Assembly: GCF_058153355.1 (NCBI RefSeq)
Contig: NZ_CM177019.1
Length of the DNA stretch: 64,000 nt
Strand: one strand, 5' to 3'
Below the pieces are notes generated by a model. The model did not search any database, was not told the origin of the DNA, and saw only the letters and a program-made list of their open reading frames with translations. This document shows positions 37,491 through 52,863 of the stretch, in pieces (the stretch's first letter is position 1; every line of letters begins with the position of its first letter). The translations under genes and the position numbers were made by a program.

Positions 37491-37949
37491 TCAGCCACGA
37501 CTACGTTGCACTTCCAGCCACCACTTCTCCAGCTCCGCGGCAAAGGCCTGGCGGTCACGTTGTGAAAGGCTATCTGGTCCCCCGGTCTGGATCCCACTGG
37601 CGCGTAAGGTATCCATAAAATCGCGCATCGTCAGGCGCTCACGAATGGTCGCTGGTGTGTAACGTTCGCCGCGTGGATTAAGCGCCGCAGCGCCTTTCTC
37701 GATGGCTTCAGCAGCCAAAGGAATATCTGCGGTGATCACCAAATCGCCCGCTTCACACTGCCGGACAATTTCGTTATCGGCAACGTCGAAACCTGCCGCG
37801 ACGCGCAGCGTTCGAATAAATCGCGAAGGTGGTACGCGTAAACTCTGGTTTGCTACCAGTACCAGCGGCATCTGCATACGTTCAGCCGCGCGATACAAAA
37901 TCTCTTTAATTACATTGGGACACGCGTCGGCATCCACCCAAATTGTCAT
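37491..37949 (-). CDS. yaiI: UPF0178 protein YaiI
   Basis: ORF track 37491..38069; start refined to [26 protein letters not shown]; 152 aa. Confidence 0.8.
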   Translation of the reverse strand: MTIWVDADACPNVIKEILYRAAERMQMPLVLVANQSLRVPPSRFIRTLRVAAGFDVADNEIVRQCEAGDLVITADIPLAAEAIEKGAAALNPRGERYTPATIRERLTMRDFMDTLRASGIQTGGPDSLSQRDRQAFAAELEKWWLEVQRSRG

Positions 37950-38068
37950 AAAGTCATCCTTTGTTGGGTAATTCTCTATTGTGTCGCGCTTTTGCCTTCC
38001 GGCATAGTTCTGTTTATGCTTCTGCCAGCGATTATCAAAACAATGAATTTCACGGCAGGAGTGAGGCA

Positions 38069-38878
38069 ATGGAAAAGAAAATCGGTTTTATTGGCTGCGG
38101 CAATATGGGAAAAGCCATTCTCGGCGGTCTGATTGCCAGCGGTCAGGTGCTTCCAGGGCAAATCTGGGTATATACCCCCTCCCCGGATAAAGTCGCCGCC
38201 CTGCATGACCAGTTCGGCATCAACGCCGCAGAATCGGCGCAGGAAGTGGCGCAAATCGCCGACATCATTTTCGCCGCCGTTAAACCGGGCATCATGATTA
38301 AAGTGCTTAGCGAAATCACCTCCAGCCTGAATAAAGACTCTCTGGTCGTTTCTATTGCTGCGGGTGTCACGCTCGACCAGCTTGCCCGCGCGCTGGGCCA
38401 TGACCGGAAAATTATCCGCGCCATGCCGAACACTCCCGCACTGGTTAATGCCGGGATGACCTCCGTAACGCCAAACGCGCTGGTAACCCCAGAAGATACC
38501 GCTGATGTGCTGAATATTTTCCGCGGCTTTGGCGAAGCGGAAGTAATTGCCGAGCCGATGATCCACCCGGTGGTCGGTGTGAGCGGTTCTTCGCCAGCCT
38601 ACGTCTTTATGTTTATCGAAGCGATGGCCGACGCCGCCGTGCTGGGCGGGATGCCACGCGCCCAGGCGTATAAATTTGCCGCTCAGGCGGTAATGGGTTC
38701 CGCAAAAATGGTGCTGGAAACGGGAGAACATCCGGGGGCACTGAAAGATATGGTCTGCTCACCGGGAGGCACCACCATTGAGGCGGTACGCGTACTGGAA
38801 GAGAAAGGCTTCCGTGCCGCAGTGATCGAAGCGATGACGAAGTGTATGGAAAAATCAGAAAAACTCAGCAAATCCTGA
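38069..38878 (+). CDS. proC: Pyrroline-5-carboxylate reductase
   Basis: ORF track 37961..38878; start refined to [21 protein letters not shown] (Rossmann motif); 269 aa. Confidence 0.95.
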   Translation: MEKKIGFIGCGNMGKAILGGLIASGQVLPGQIWVYTPSPDKVAALHDQFGINAAESAQEVAQIADIIFAAVKPGIMIKVLSEITSSLNKDSLVVSIAAGVTLDQLARALGHDRKIIRAMPNTPALVNAGMTSVTPNALVTPEDTADVLNIFRGFGEAEVIAEPMIHPVVGVSGSSPAYVFMFIEAMADAAVLGGMPRAQAYKFAAQAVMGSAKMVLETGEHPGALKDMVCSPGGTTIEAVRVLEEKGFRAAVIEAMTKCMEKSEKLSKS

Positions 38879-38894
38879 TGACTTTCGCCGGACG

Positions 38895-40010
38895 TCAGGC
38901 CGCCACTTCGGTGCGGTTACGTCCGGCTTTCTTTGCTTTGTAGAGCGCCAAATCTGCCGATTTCAACCACTCCCGATAGTGACTCATTTGTGGATTCAGC
39001 GGCGCGACACCCACACTAATCCGTAACATCACCTGCGGTGTATTCGGCAAACGTAACGTATTTAGCCCTTCATGTACCCGTAACATGGCGGTAATGGCGC
39101 TCTCAGCTGGCGTACCGGACATGATCACCGCAAACTCATCGCCACCAAACCGACCAATCACATCGCTACCGCGCAGGGTAATTTGTAATTGTCGGGTAAG
39201 CGCCACAATCGCTTCATCGCCCACATCATGGCCCCAGGTATCGTTGATGCTCTTGAAATGGTCGATATCGATAATCAGTAACGTCGCATCGCGGTTATGC
39301 CGCCGACAGTTATCAAATTCATTGCGTAACATAGTTTCCCAATGACGTCGGTTATACACGCCCGTCATACCGTCGCGGGTACTCATGACCTGCAACCTGC
39401 GTTTATGTTCCGCCAGTTTAGTCGCCGTCTGGTAGCTGACCCAGCCAAACAGCATAGGATAAATGACGATAATGGGAAGGGAGAGCCACCATTCCAGCGG
39501 CGCACTATTGAACGACACGGTGATACCCGTCAGTTCGAGGGTGACAAGGCAGGAAACCACCATCAACACCAGACCCGCGACAAACAGACGGGGGCCGCCT
39601 GCCCCCATCAAATTCAGACACATAATCATCAACATCGCGGTGGAAGGCAGCACGTTTACGCCCATTACGCCTACCCACATTCCCGCTAATACTGCATCGG
39701 TTTTTAAGTTATAAATTTCCCGGCTAAGCGGATCGACAGCCCTACTCGCAATCTGCCAGGCTAAATGCGGCCAGACGAACGCCCAGCCGACCAACACCAG
39801 CCACCACCAGCCCGGCGGCGGGTGCGAAACCAGCGTTGAAGCAATCGGTAAGAACATGCCAGCCAGGCCAACCGCGCGGGGTAGTCTGACGCGACGGGCG
39901 AAGCGCAGCCCGGACCGCTGATGTTCGTTTTGAGGAGTTAAAGGAGGTTCCTCCCCATGCGCCGCCGCTTTTTTGAAAAAGTTTTCATCATTCATTATTT
40001 TTGGGAACAT
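38895..40010 (-). CDS. dgcC: Diguanylate cyclase DgcC (AdrA/YaiC)
   Basis: 371-aa ORF; N-terminal membrane domain and C-terminal GGDEF domain (RFGGDEF motif present). Confidence 0.9.
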   Translation of the reverse strand: MFPKIMNDENFFKKAAAHGEEPPLTPQNEHQRSGLRFARRVRLPRAVGLAGMFLPIASTLVSHPPPGWWWLVLVGWAFVWPHLAWQIASRAVDPLSREIYNLKTDAVLAGMWVGVMGVNVLPSTAMLMIMCLNLMGAGGPRLFVAGLVLMVVSCLVTLELTGITVSFNSAPLEWWLSLPIIVIYPMLFGWVSYQTATKLAEHKRRLQVMSTRDGMTGVYNRRHWETMLRNEFDNCRRHNRDATLLIIDIDHFKSINDTWGHDVGDEAIVALTRQLQITLRGSDVIGRFGGDEFAVIMSGTPAESAITAMLRVHEGLNTLRLPNTPQVMLRISVGVAPLNPQMSHYREWLKSADLALYKAKKAGRNRTEVAA

Positions 40011-40111
40011 TCAGAAACAATTTTCCCAAATTATAGAGACGGGGCTAAAGGCAGAAGTATGAAATTTCGGGTGAGCCATTTTCGTAGCTCACCCGTTAGC
40101 ACTATCAGGTA

Positions 40112-40432
40112 TCAGGCGGCTTTCTTGAGGCAGGCGCTCATAAACTTATTACGATCATCACCTTTCAGAGATTGTTGCGTTGCTTGATTATTACATTCGC
40201 GCATCTTTTGCTGCTGTGGCGTCAAACTTTTTTCATCAGGCGCAGACTTGCTGTTCTTCAGGCAATCACTCATGTAGGTCTTACGAGCATCCCCTTTCAA
40301 CGCCTGCGCCGTCGCCTGCTGATTACAGGAGGTCATACGCTGTTGTTGCGGGGTTAAGGTTCTCTCGGCAGCGCCGACGGTGGTTAAAAAAACCAGTCCG
40401 AAAAGCAAGGTAACCAGTAATGTTATTTTCAT
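40112..40432 (-). CDS. psiF: Phosphate starvation-inducible protein PsiF
   Basis: ORF track 40112..40450; start refined to MKITLLVTLLFGLVFLTTVGAA signal peptide; tandem internal repeat (LTPQQQ(R/K)M..CN(Q/N)QAT); 106 aa. Confidence 0.85.
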   Translation of the reverse strand: MKITLLVTLLFGLVFLTTVGAAERTLTPQQQRMTSCNQQATAQALKGDARKTYMSDCLKNSKSAPDEKSLTPQQQKMRECNNQATQQSLKGDDRNKFMSACLKKAA

Positions 40433-40550
40433 AGCACCATCCCTCTTCATGTTTTAACCATGAGCGTTTGCGCCCGTGATTTGCCATTAAGTCTGGTTGC
40501 TAACCGCAAAAAAACCACCCGACAGCGAGAATTCACCGCCGGGCGCGGTT

Positions 40551-41966
40551 TTATTTCAGCCCCAGGGCGGCTTTCATGGTGTAGAAGAGATCGGTCTGGT
40601 CGGTCAGTCCAACGACATTGGCGGCATGTGGGCCATACGCCGCAATACGCAGCTGACTACCGGTATGTTCTTGTGAATCCTCTTCGGAGTTCCCGTAACT
40701 CATCACCATCACTGCGCCATCTTTGGTATTTAGCGCCTGGGTGAGGCCCGGCGCTTTGGTGTCCGGCGCGACAATCTGGCTGGCGTGGGCGTGATCAGCG
40801 GTGACTATGACCAGCGTGTTGCCATCCGTTTTAGCGAATTCCAGCGCCCGTTGTACGGCTTCGTCGAGATCGACCGTCTCGCCAATTTGCCCACAAGGAT
40901 TCGCAGCGTGATCCTGTTTATCGATTGATGCACCTTCAACTTGCAGGAAAAAGCCTTTCTCATTTTTACTCAACAATTCAATGGCTTTATCAGTCATCTG
41001 CGCCAGGGTCGGTACGCTGTCATTACGTTGCGGATTAGGCGTACAGGTAACGGCGGGCTTGTCGATATTGCCGTGGTACGTTGCTTTCGGTCCTTGCCAG
41101 CGCACTGGCATATTGCCGTCAGCAAACAGGCCAAGCAGGGGTTTTTGCTGGTTCGCTTCCGTCACCGCGTTCAGCGAGGCAGCATCGTTCACTAACTGAT
41201 AACCACGCACCTGCGCCTGTTCACGCAGCGTTTTTCCCTGCCATTCACCAGCGGTTGCCGTTTCCGCAAAGGTTTTTGCGCCGCCGCCAAGCGTAACATC
41301 GGCACGGGCGTTAAGCAGCTGTTCGGTAATCGATCCTTTTCCGCCTTTTTCCAGCGCGTTACCCGGACATTTTTCACTGGTCGCGCTCGGACCGTAGCAT
41401 TTGCGCGAAGTCACATGCGCCACCAACGCGGCGGGAGTGGCATCCTGCAACTCTGCGGTAGAAATGTTACCGGTCGCCAGCCCTGCGGCTTTTGCCATTT
41501 CCAGAATCGTTGGGTGATCTTTTTCATGAATATCGACACCTAATGCGCCATTATAGGTTTTGACACCGGTTGACCAGGCAGTTGCTGATGCAGCCGAGTC
41601 GGTAACGTAGTCCGGTTTGCCGGTTTTTTTATTCAGCGCATAGTGAGTGTATTGCCCGGTAAGCGGTAAGGCATCAATACCTTTAAAAAAGCCGCCCGCA
41701 CCTTCGGCATAATTACGTGCGGCAGTAATTTCCGAATCCCCCATCCCATCGCCAATCAGCAAAATAATATTTTTTGCAGGCTTATCGCTAAGAGAATCAC
41801 GCAGAGCGGCGCTCTGATCACCCGTTAAGCGGCGAGCACCGCCGGGTGCAGTAATATCGCCCTGAGCAGCCCGGTTTTCCAGAATAGGCATTTCTGGTGT
41901 CCGGGCTTTTGTCACAGGGGTAAACAGTAACGGTAAGAGTGCCAGTGCAATAGTGCTTTGTTTCAC
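40551..41966 (-). CDS. phoA: Alkaline phosphatase
   Basis: ORF track 40551..42008; start refined to GTG ([21 protein letters not shown] signal peptide); 471 aa; near-identical to remembered K-12 PhoA with a few substitutions. Confidence 0.95.
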   Translation of the reverse strand: MKQSTIALALLPLLFTPVTKARTPEMPILENRAAQGDITAPGGARRLTGDQSAALRDSLSDKPAKNIILLIGDGMGDSEITAARNYAEGAGGFFKGIDALPLTGQYTHYALNKKTGKPDYVTDSAASATAWSTGVKTYNGALGVDIHEKDHPTILEMAKAAGLATGNISTAELQDATPAALVAHVTSRKCYGPSATSEKCPGNALEKGGKGSITEQLLNARADVTLGGGAKTFAETATAGEWQGKTLREQAQVRGYQLVNDAASLNAVTEANQQKPLLGLFADGNMPVRWQGPKATYHGNIDKPAVTCTPNPQRNDSVPTLAQMTDKAIELLSKNEKGFFLQVEGASIDKQDHAANPCGQIGETVDLDEAVQRALEFAKTDGNTLVIVTADHAHASQIVAPDTKAPGLTQALNTKDGAVMVMSYGNSEEDSQEHTGSQLRIAAYGPHAANVVGLTDQTDLFYTMKAALGLK

Positions 41967-42028
41967 TTTATTTTCTCCATGTACAAATACATTAAAAAAT
42001 AAAAACAAAGCGACTATAAGTCTCAGCC

Positions 42029-42046
42029 GTGACAGCTTTATGACAG
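42029..42046 (-). promoter_or_regulatory. Pho box of the phoA promoter
   Basis: Minus-strand CTGTCATAAAGCTGTCAC (two CTGTCA half-sites) about 60 bp upstream of the phoA GTG start. Confidence 0.75.
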
Positions 42047-42066
42047 CTGTTGAAAAGATTACCTTT

Positions 42067-42327
42067 TTACTGACGAGGATGCTTCAATAACTTCTTTACA
42101 TAATCGCGCAGCAGCTCCGTATCGTCGTCAGGAATGCTGGCATCGGGCTTTACCTCGTAAAGTGCCCCCTCTACCTGATCAATCAACCGCTGTTGGTCAT
42201 TTTGCGCCATATTACGAAGCATTGCAGTGACGATAATCTCCAGTGCTTCTACCTGCGCGCACAGTTCTTTCGACTCTTCTTCTTTTTGGGCAAGCTTAAA
42301 TAACAACTCAGCAATGAGATTTTTCAT
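42067..42327 (-). CDS. iraP: Anti-adaptor protein IraP
   Basis: 86-aa ORF ([40 protein letters not shown]...); recognised IraP. Confidence 0.9.
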
Positions 42328-42789
42328 GTCTGTATTTCCTTATCCAAAGTATGGAGAAGTTAACATTATGCTTCACAACTTCATAGTGTCTGGAGGTAGT
42401 ATTTTTATGACGAATGAAATACTTTGCGCAAATATTTTTTCCATATTTATCAGCGAAACGTTTCTCTTATTTAAATAAGTAACCATACAAAGTATAGGTT
42501 TTTAATTATCAACCTTTATTATAAGTAAAAGTTATGAAATATATTCTCTTTGCTAACTTATAATTAAGAGAAAAAAACTCACTGCATGGCCATTTAAACC
42601 AGGAATAAATTAGCTTCCCGTTCATCATTTTTGTGATCTTGCGCACATCTTTGAGATAACGCACTTTCTTCACCAGTACGTTGCACACTTTGTCAGTAGA
42701 AGATTGCAACATTCTGTCAGAAGGCCGCGAATCCCCCGTTTTGTCGTGGTAATGTATGCACTTTGTGTTAGACGGGATAGGTTTTCAAG

Positions 42790-43884
42790 ATGGAAAAACT
42801 GCGGGTAGGAATCGTTTTTGGTGGTAAATCAGCGGAACATGAAGTGTCTTTGCAATCGGCAAAAAACATTGTCGATGCCATTGATAAAAGTCGCTTCGAC
42901 GTTGTGCTGCTGGGCATTGATAAACAAGGGCAATGGCACGTCAGCGATGCCAACAATTATCTGCTAAATGCAGACGATCCTGCCCATATTGCGTTGCGCC
43001 CTTCGGCGACCAGTCTTGCGCAGGTGCCTGGTAAACATGAGCATCAGCTTATCGACGCGCAAAACGGTCAGCCATTGCCGACGGTGGATGTCATTTTCCC
43101 GATTGTTCACGGTACGCTAGGCGAAGATGGTTCCTTGCAGGGAATGCTGCGGGTCGCCAATTTACCGTTTGTGGGTTCTGATGTTCTGGCGTCAGCAGCC
43201 TGTATGGATAAAGATGTCACCAAACGTCTGCTACGCGATGCCGGGCTGAACATTGCGCCATTTATTACCCTGACACGCACCAATCGTCAAAACATCAGTT
43301 TTGCCGAAGTGAAGTCAAAACTGGGGTTACCGCTGTTTGTAAAACCCGCTAACCAAGGCTCTTCTGTTGGTGTCAGCAAAGTAACCAGTGAAGAAGAGTA
43401 CGCAATTGCCGTCGATCTGGCGTTCGAGTTCGATCATAAAGTGATCGTTGAGCAAGGGATCAAAGGTCGTGAGATCGAATGCGCGGTTCTGGGCAACGAC
43501 AATCCGCAAGCCAGCACCTGTGGCGAGATCGTACTAACCAGCGATTTTTATGCCTACGACACCAAGTACATTGACGAAGATGGCGCGAAAGTGGTAGTTC
43601 CGGCAGCCATTGCGCCAGAAATCAACGATAAGATCCGGGCGATTGCCGTTCAGGCTTATCAGACGTTGGGATGCGCAGGCATGGCGCGTGTAGACGTGTT
43701 TTTAACCCCAGAGAACGAAGTGGTGATCAACGAGATCAACACACTGCCAGGCTTCACCAACATCAGTATGTATCCGAAGCTGTGGCAAGCCAGCGGTTTG
43801 GGTTACACCGACCTGATCACACGTCTGATCGAGTTGGCGCTGGAGCGTCACGCTGCGGATAACGCATTGAAAACCACAATGTAA
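42790..43884 (+). CDS. ddlA: D-alanine--D-alanine ligase A
   Basis: 364-aa ORF ([42 protein letters not shown]...); ATP-grasp fold. Confidence 0.95.
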   Translation: MEKLRVGIVFGGKSAEHEVSLQSAKNIVDAIDKSRFDVVLLGIDKQGQWHVSDANNYLLNADDPAHIALRPSATSLAQVPGKHEHQLIDAQNGQPLPTVDVIFPIVHGTLGEDGSLQGMLRVANLPFVGSDVLASAACMDKDVTKRLLRDAGLNIAPFITLTRTNRQNISFAEVKSKLGLPLFVKPANQGSSVGVSKVTSEEEYAIAVDLAFEFDHKVIVEQGIKGREIECAVLGNDNPQASTCGEIVLTSDFYAYDTKYIDEDGAKVVVPAAIAPEINDKIRAIAVQAYQTLGCAGMARVDVFLTPENEVVINEINTLPGFTNISMYPKLWQASGLGYTDLITRLIELALERHAADNALKTTM

Positions 43885-43889
43885 TTTTT

Positions 43890-43919
43890 AAATGCCCAAT
43901 AACTGTAATTGGGCATTTA
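43890..43919 (+). terminator. Putative ddlA terminator hairpin
   Basis: Inverted repeat AAATGCCCAAT...ATTGGGCATTT immediately after the ddlA stop. Confidence 0.55.
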
Positions 43920-44066
43920 AGACTGTAAGATTGCCTGATGCGCTTTGCTTATCAGGCCTACAAGATAATTGCAATATACTGATTTTGTAGGCAGGATAAG
44001 GCGTTCGCGCCGCGTCCGGCAAAAACAACGAGCACTTTGTCAGCCCCCAGAACGCCCAATCCTCTG

Positions 44067-44279
44067 TTATTGGGCGTTTTCAGTTTCTTCATCGCGACGA
44101 CGAATAATCAGCCCCGCGAGCCAGAAACTAATCACCCACGTCACCAGACCAACGGCATAGGTCTGCCAACCTTTTGCTTCAAATCCCAGTAACCCCACCA
44201 CGCCATTAAGAATGAATATCAGGCCAATGGCGAACGCATAGTAGTGCCAGTCACGGCGAATTTTTACAGGCAGACTCAT
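44067..44279 (-). CDS. yaiZ: Small inner-membrane protein YaiZ
   Basis: ORF track 44067..44306; start refined to MSLPVKIRRDWHYYAFAIGLIFILNG...; 70 aa, two predicted TM helices. Confidence 0.75.
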   Translation of the reverse strand: MSLPVKIRRDWHYYAFAIGLIFILNGVVGLLGFEAKGWQTYAVGLVTWVISFWLAGLIIRRRDEETENAQ

Positions 44280-44537
44280 GGCAGCTCCGTTAACGAAAAA
44301 TAACATCTTCGCATAATCGATAACTTACGTCTGTGGGGTAGACAGCATTTCCCGTATCGTTAAAAAGTTTAACTTAAAGTTACCGTTTTGTGACTCGTGA
44401 CAAATATTCCCGCTTCGGGAATATTCCCAACATCAATTTACCATGATTCTGATATTGACAATCTAAATGACCTGTCAGACTTGCCATAAGCCGCTGGTAT
44501 CACACCAGAAGAGAAGCAGATGACTTCCGGAGGTTTT

Positions 44538-44846
44538 ATGGCTGATTTCACCCTGTCAAAATCGCTGTTTAGCGGAAAATATCGCAATGCCTCTTCTACG
44601 CCTGGCAACATTGCCTATGCGTTGTTTGTGCTGTTTTGCTTTTGGGCTGGGGCGCAATTGCTGAACCTGTTAGTGCATGCGCCCGGCGTCTATGAGCGTT
44701 TAATGCAGGCTCAGGAAACAGGCCGCCCACGGGTGGAAATTGGTTTAGGTGTCGGTACCATTTTCGGACTGATCCCATTTTTAATTGGCTGCTTCATTTT
44801 TGCAGTGGTGGCGCTATGGCTGCACTGGCGACATCGCCGCCAGTAA
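44538..44846 (+). CDS. yaiY: Inner-membrane protein YaiY
   Basis: ORF track 44520..44846; start refined to [20 protein letters not shown]...; 102 aa. Confidence 0.75.
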   Translation: MADFTLSKSLFSGKYRNASSTPGNIAYALFVLFCFWAGAQLLNLLVHAPGVYERLMQAQETGRPRVEIGLGVGTIFGLIPFLIGCFIFAVVALWLHWRHRRQ

Positions 44847-44903
44847 GAGTAGGTTGCCAGATGCGGCCTAAAATGCCTTATCTGGCCTGGCGTTGCCTTT
44901 TGC

Positions 44904-45998
44904 TTACTGTTTCATACAACGCGCCCGCCGTTCGTCTACGCGCTTCGCAAACCAGGCCGTAGTCAGATTGCGGGTAATTTTCGGGCTTTCCAGTTGGATG
45001 CCGGGCAACATTTCGCGGGGTAGTGATCTACCCGTTTTCGCTTCGGCAAGTTGATAAACTTTCTTGTACAGCGCCGTCTCCTCAAAAGAGAAGCTGTCCC
45101 CTTTCTCTAACTGACGGCGAATTTCGCTGTCGCTCATCCCCAGTTTGCCTGCCAGTTTGCGCGTTGCCAGCTCTGTTTTCCCAGGTTCTTTACTGTCGTA
45201 ACGAATTAAATCACCGTCCAGCGCCAGCTTCATGCCAGTGGCCTTACTGACCGCGTTCTGAAAAGCGGCATTACGGCTGGCGTACCAGCCAGCGTTAAAA
45301 TCGGCAAAACGGTATATCGGCGCGCTATAACTGGCGGGATAATTCAGTAAATGGTAAGTACCGAACCACAATCCGCCGCGGCGACTGAAGACTTCCTGAC
45401 GGACTGTACCGTCCATTTTCCACGGATACCCTTTAGTATGCTGTTCGGCAAACGCAATGCTGACCTGCATCGGTCCACCGGTACGTACCGGATTAAGCGA
45501 ACCAAACAGCGTCTGCCCCATTGGCACCATGCTGATCAAATCGTCAAAAATCGCGCTTAATTGCTTTTCTGTACGCACAGAATCTAACCGCTCACTATAA
45601 CTTTTGCCGTTTGGCGATTTGATTTTTAGCGCGGTATGAACCAGAAAAGCAGGGATGTGCATCCGTTCGGCACGACGGTCAATCTCTTGCCATGCTATCT
45701 TGCTTAAGCCCGGAACGGGCGGATCTGCCTGATAATTTGACTCCTGCTGCGCCACCGCCAGCACCGAGCAGACATTTTCCAGCGTCGGTGCCAGCCCCTG
45801 ACTTTCAAACGTGGTGGCAAGATCTTTCGCCCAGGCATCGCGGTCTTTCACACTCGCGGGCATCTTCTGCCGCACGACGCTCGCCACATCTATCGCTTTT
45901 TCGCCCTTTTTCAACGGTTGCGGAGCCTGACTACTACACCCTGCTAAAACCAGAACCGCCAATAACGAAAGCGAAGATAGATGATTGACGCGCGACAT
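44904..45998 (-). CDS. yaiW: Lipoprotein YaiW
   Basis: 364-aa ORF with signal peptide and lipobox (LLAVLVLAGCSS). Confidence 0.85.
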   Translation of the reverse strand: MSRVNHLSSLSLLAVLVLAGCSSQAPQPLKKGEKAIDVASVVRQKMPASVKDRDAWAKDLATTFESQGLAPTLENVCSVLAVAQQESNYQADPPVPGLSKIAWQEIDRRAERMHIPAFLVHTALKIKSPNGKSYSERLDSVRTEKQLSAIFDDLISMVPMGQTLFGSLNPVRTGGPMQVSIAFAEQHTKGYPWKMDGTVRQEVFSRRGGLWFGTYHLLNYPASYSAPIYRFADFNAGWYASRNAAFQNAVSKATGMKLALDGDLIRYDSKEPGKTELATRKLAGKLGMSDSEIRRQLEKGDSFSFEETALYKKVYQLAEAKTGRSLPREMLPGIQLESPKITRNLTTAWFAKRVDERRARCMKQ

Positions 45999-46010
45999 TA
46001 CTTCTCCTTT

Positions 46011-47231
46011 TTAACTCAAGGTATGGGTTACTTCCTGAATTTTGTCACCATCCAGCTCATGTTCAAAGCTGCGCAGACGTTTGTAGATAGACATCAACTC
46101 AACCAGCGTGGTCCATGAGTTAATCAGGTACTGAAAAGCACCGCGAACCTGACCAAAAACGTTGGTAATCTGCGTCATCAGGCCGAGCGTAATCGTACCG
46201 GCAACAATCGACGGAAACAGCAAGAACAAACCGAAAACGTTATCGACCTGCAAATAGAGAATGCGGGCGATGTTGAAATACATATAGTGAAAATAGAGGC
46301 GGAAATAGTTTTTCCGCACGGCGCTAAACAGCTCGCGTACCGTAGGCGGCGTCGCGCGCGATGCATCGTCTTCACCATAAACCAACTCTTTACGGTAGGC
46401 AGCTTCTACACGCTGATTTTTAAACTCCAGTCCCGGCAGTTTGATCCCAACCACTGCCAGTAATCCGGTCCCCATCAACGACCATACGATAGCAGCAATC
46501 ACCAGACCATACGGAATATGCCCGACAATCGGCAGCTCTGGCACATGCGCAGAGAGCGTTACCAGTACCGGCAGGAAGGCGATCAACGTCATAATAGCGT
46601 TGATAAAACTGACGCCCATATTCTCAAGCGTTGAAGCAAAACGCATGGTGTCTTCCTGCACACGCTGGGCGGCACCTTCGATATGACGCAGTTGTTGCCA
46701 GTTCGCCATGTAATATTCGTTCATCGCCGTACGCCAGCGGAACACGTAGTGACTGACAAAGAAGTTGTTCAGCACACTGATCACCACCGCGATCAGCGCA
46801 ATCCCCAGAAAGACGCCCACTTCGCGGTAAAATTGTTCGATAGTGACTTTATGCGGCGAACTTAGCGCAGTTTGAATCAGATCATAAAACGGCGCATACC
46901 AGGCGTTGACGGCAACTCCAACTTCCACCAAAAACCAGGTGACGAAGATAATCAACGCAGTACCGAGTATTGACCAGTATTGCCAACGATGCGGGCTATA
47001 AATAAACCAGAACAGTGCAAAAAGCCCTACGCAAACAATGTAGTAAGCGTAAAAAATCAGGAAATCTAACGACCAGAAACGCGCGGCGCTAATTGGGATC
47101 TGCCCGGAAGCTCCGGTGATGCGCGCCACCCAATCCCCCCCACCGGCTTGCCAGAAGATAACGGCAATCAATGCCCAAACAAAGGCCGAGAGAAAAAACG
47201 TTCCCGGCTTTGGGAAAAAAGACTTAAACAT
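46011..47231 (-). CDS. sbmA: Peptide antibiotic transporter SbmA
   Basis: ORF track 46011..47237; start refined to [32 protein letters not shown]; 406 aa. Confidence 0.9.
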   Translation of the reverse strand: MFKSFFPKPGTFFLSAFVWALIAVIFWQAGGGDWVARITGASGQIPISAARFWSLDFLIFYAYYIVCVGLFALFWFIYSPHRWQYWSILGTALIIFVTWFLVEVGVAVNAWYAPFYDLIQTALSSPHKVTIEQFYREVGVFLGIALIAVVISVLNNFFVSHYVFRWRTAMNEYYMANWQQLRHIEGAAQRVQEDTMRFASTLENMGVSFINAIMTLIAFLPVLVTLSAHVPELPIVGHIPYGLVIAAIVWSLMGTGLLAVVGIKLPGLEFKNQRVEAAYRKELVYGEDDASRATPPTVRELFSAVRKNYFRLYFHYMYFNIARILYLQVDNVFGLFLLFPSIVAGTITLGLMTQITNVFGQVRGAFQYLINSWTTLVELMSIYKRLRSFEHELDGDKIQEVTHTLS

Positions 47232-47582
47232 ATGCACTCCTGCTAACTTCTTATCGTTTTAACAACTGCTGTGTATTAACCGCATGACCGCTACAAAGAA
47301 TCAGCCAAATGAAACCGCCCATTGTGACCCATAGCAAGGCGCATAGTTCGCCAGCCTGACCATAAGAATTGTTTCGACGGATTTCACAAACCAAAGATTA
47401 TTTACATTAGCGGATTAACACGCGCAGGATCACAAATGCAGGCATTGGTGAGCAGGAAAAAGATCGTGTTTACGCGCCGTTACGTTTTTAACACTATTAT
47501 TGCACTAATTCGCCCTTTGCAATCCATCAATGAGTAGTATAAATACGCTCAGTTACCTTCATTCAATCTATGGACACCACCG

Positions 47583-48740
47583 TTGAAACGTAGTCTGCTT
47601 TTTTCTGCCGTGCTTTGTGCGGCGTTATTGACCCCCGTCCATGCGGCGCAGCCGATCACTGAACCGGAGTTCGCCTCTGATATTGTCGATCGTTATGCCG
47701 ATCATATTTTTTATGGCAGTGGTGCCACGGGGATGGCGCTGGTTGTTATCGACGGTAACCAGCGCGTCTTTCGCAGTTATGGCGAAACGCGCCCGGGTAA
47801 TAACGTTCGCCCGCAGCTGGATTCGGTCGTGCGTATTGCTTCGCTCACCAAGCTAATGACCAGTGAGTTGCTGGTGAAATTGCTCGACCAGGGGACCGTG
47901 AAGTTAAACGATCCGCTAAGTAAATATGCTCCACCAGGCGCACGCGTGCCGACTTACAATGGCACGCCTATTACCCTGGTGAATCTGGCAACCCATACCA
48001 GTGCCTTGCCACGTGAACAGCCGGGAGGCGCGGCACATCGTCCAGTGTTTGTCTGGCCAACGCGCGAGCAACGCTGGAAATACCTTTCTACGGCGAAGCT
48101 GAAAGCCGCGCCAGGCAGTCAGGCGGCATATTCTAACCTTGCGTTCGACCTGCTGGCAGATGCACTGGCGAATGCTTCCGGCAAGCCTTATACCCAGTTG
48201 TTTGAAGAGCAGATTACCCGTCCATTGGGGATGAAAGACACCACCTACACCCCCTCGCCGGACCAGTGCCGCCGTTTAATGGTTGCAGAGCGCGGTGCCA
48301 GTCCATGCAATAACACGCTGGCGGCAATTGGCAGCGGCGGAGTCTATTCCACGCCTGGCGATATGATGCGCTGGATGCAGCAGTATTTGTCATCTGATTT
48401 TTATCAGCGCAGTAATCAGGCGGATCGCATGCAGACGTTGATTTATCAGCGCGCGCAGTTTACGAAAGTGATTGGCATGGATGTCCCCGGCAAAGCGGAT
48501 GCGCTTGGTTTAGGCTGGGTATATATGGCCCCGAAAGAGGGTCGTCCGGGGATTATTCAGAAGACAGGTGGTGGTGGCGGTTTCATTACCTATATGGCGA
48601 TGATCCCGCAGAAGAATATTGGCGCGTTTGTGGTGGTTACTCGTTCGCCATTGACGCGCTTTAAAAATATGAGCGATGGCATCAATGACCTGGTGACCGA
48701 ACTGAGCGGGAATAAACCGTTGGTCATCCCCGCGTCCTGA
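47583..48740 (+). CDS. ampH: Class C beta-lactamase-like penicillin-binding protein AmpH
   Basis: 385-aa ORF (TTG-initiated frame MKRSLLFSAVLCAALLTPVHA signal peptide); SxxK motif (SLTK). Confidence 0.9.
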   Translation: MKRSLLFSAVLCAALLTPVHAAQPITEPEFASDIVDRYADHIFYGSGATGMALVVIDGNQRVFRSYGETRPGNNVRPQLDSVVRIASLTKLMTSELLVKLLDQGTVKLNDPLSKYAPPGARVPTYNGTPITLVNLATHTSALPREQPGGAAHRPVFVWPTREQRWKYLSTAKLKAAPGSQAAYSNLAFDLLADALANASGKPYTQLFEEQITRPLGMKDTTYTPSPDQCRRLMVAERGASPCNNTLAAIGSGGVYSTPGDMMRWMQQYLSSDFYQRSNQADRMQTLIYQRAQFTKVIGMDVPGKADALGLGWVYMAPKEGRPGIIQKTGGGGGFITYMAMIPQKNIGAFVVVTRSPLTRFKNMSDGINDLVTELSGNKPLVIPAS

Positions 48741-49427
<687 letters not shown>

Positions 49428-49449
49428 TATTTCTTCGGAGTGAAGAATA

Positions 49450-52338
<2,889 letters not shown>

Positions 52339-52863
52339 TTGTCATCCCTCCTCAGGGACGTAATAAGTTGATCCATCAATTATCAATGCATAGAAAACAT
52401 ATTATGTTTCGCGTTTACGATTATGCGGCGTTATAGAGGAATGGTTCAATTATTCTTTCCCCTAAGTCCGATTGCGGACATATATAAAGCACGTGAACAC
52501 ACATAAAGAAATAAATAACAAAAACACATTATTTCAATAGGTTAATGAAAGCGCCAATTTTAAAACATAGACCATAAAAATATAAAAACACCAAACCAGA
52601 CAAATAATGTATCAATAAGCAATGAACTTTACGTTATTCACTTTTTGAAAACGTCACCAAATCCCCAAAAACAATAATCTATAGCTATAAATAAAAATTA
52701 AAAATATTTTCAATGAATATAAATTTATTGCTATTTCTATTACAAAGATGTCCTGACCTCTCATTCATTCTCTTCTTATCAACATCACGACAACTTTCGT
52801 AAAACATCCCCACCCTGCTTCAGGTATACTATGCCCCTCGATTCCACAAACATCAGGCAGACC

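Noticed and set aside
42534-42563. Tiny ORF (MKYILFANL) in the AT-rich iraP-ddlA intergenic region that could be a leader peptide
   Set aside because: Only 9 codons in AT-rich DNA where short ORFs arise by chance; no convincing Shine-Dalgarno or attenuator structure was seen.
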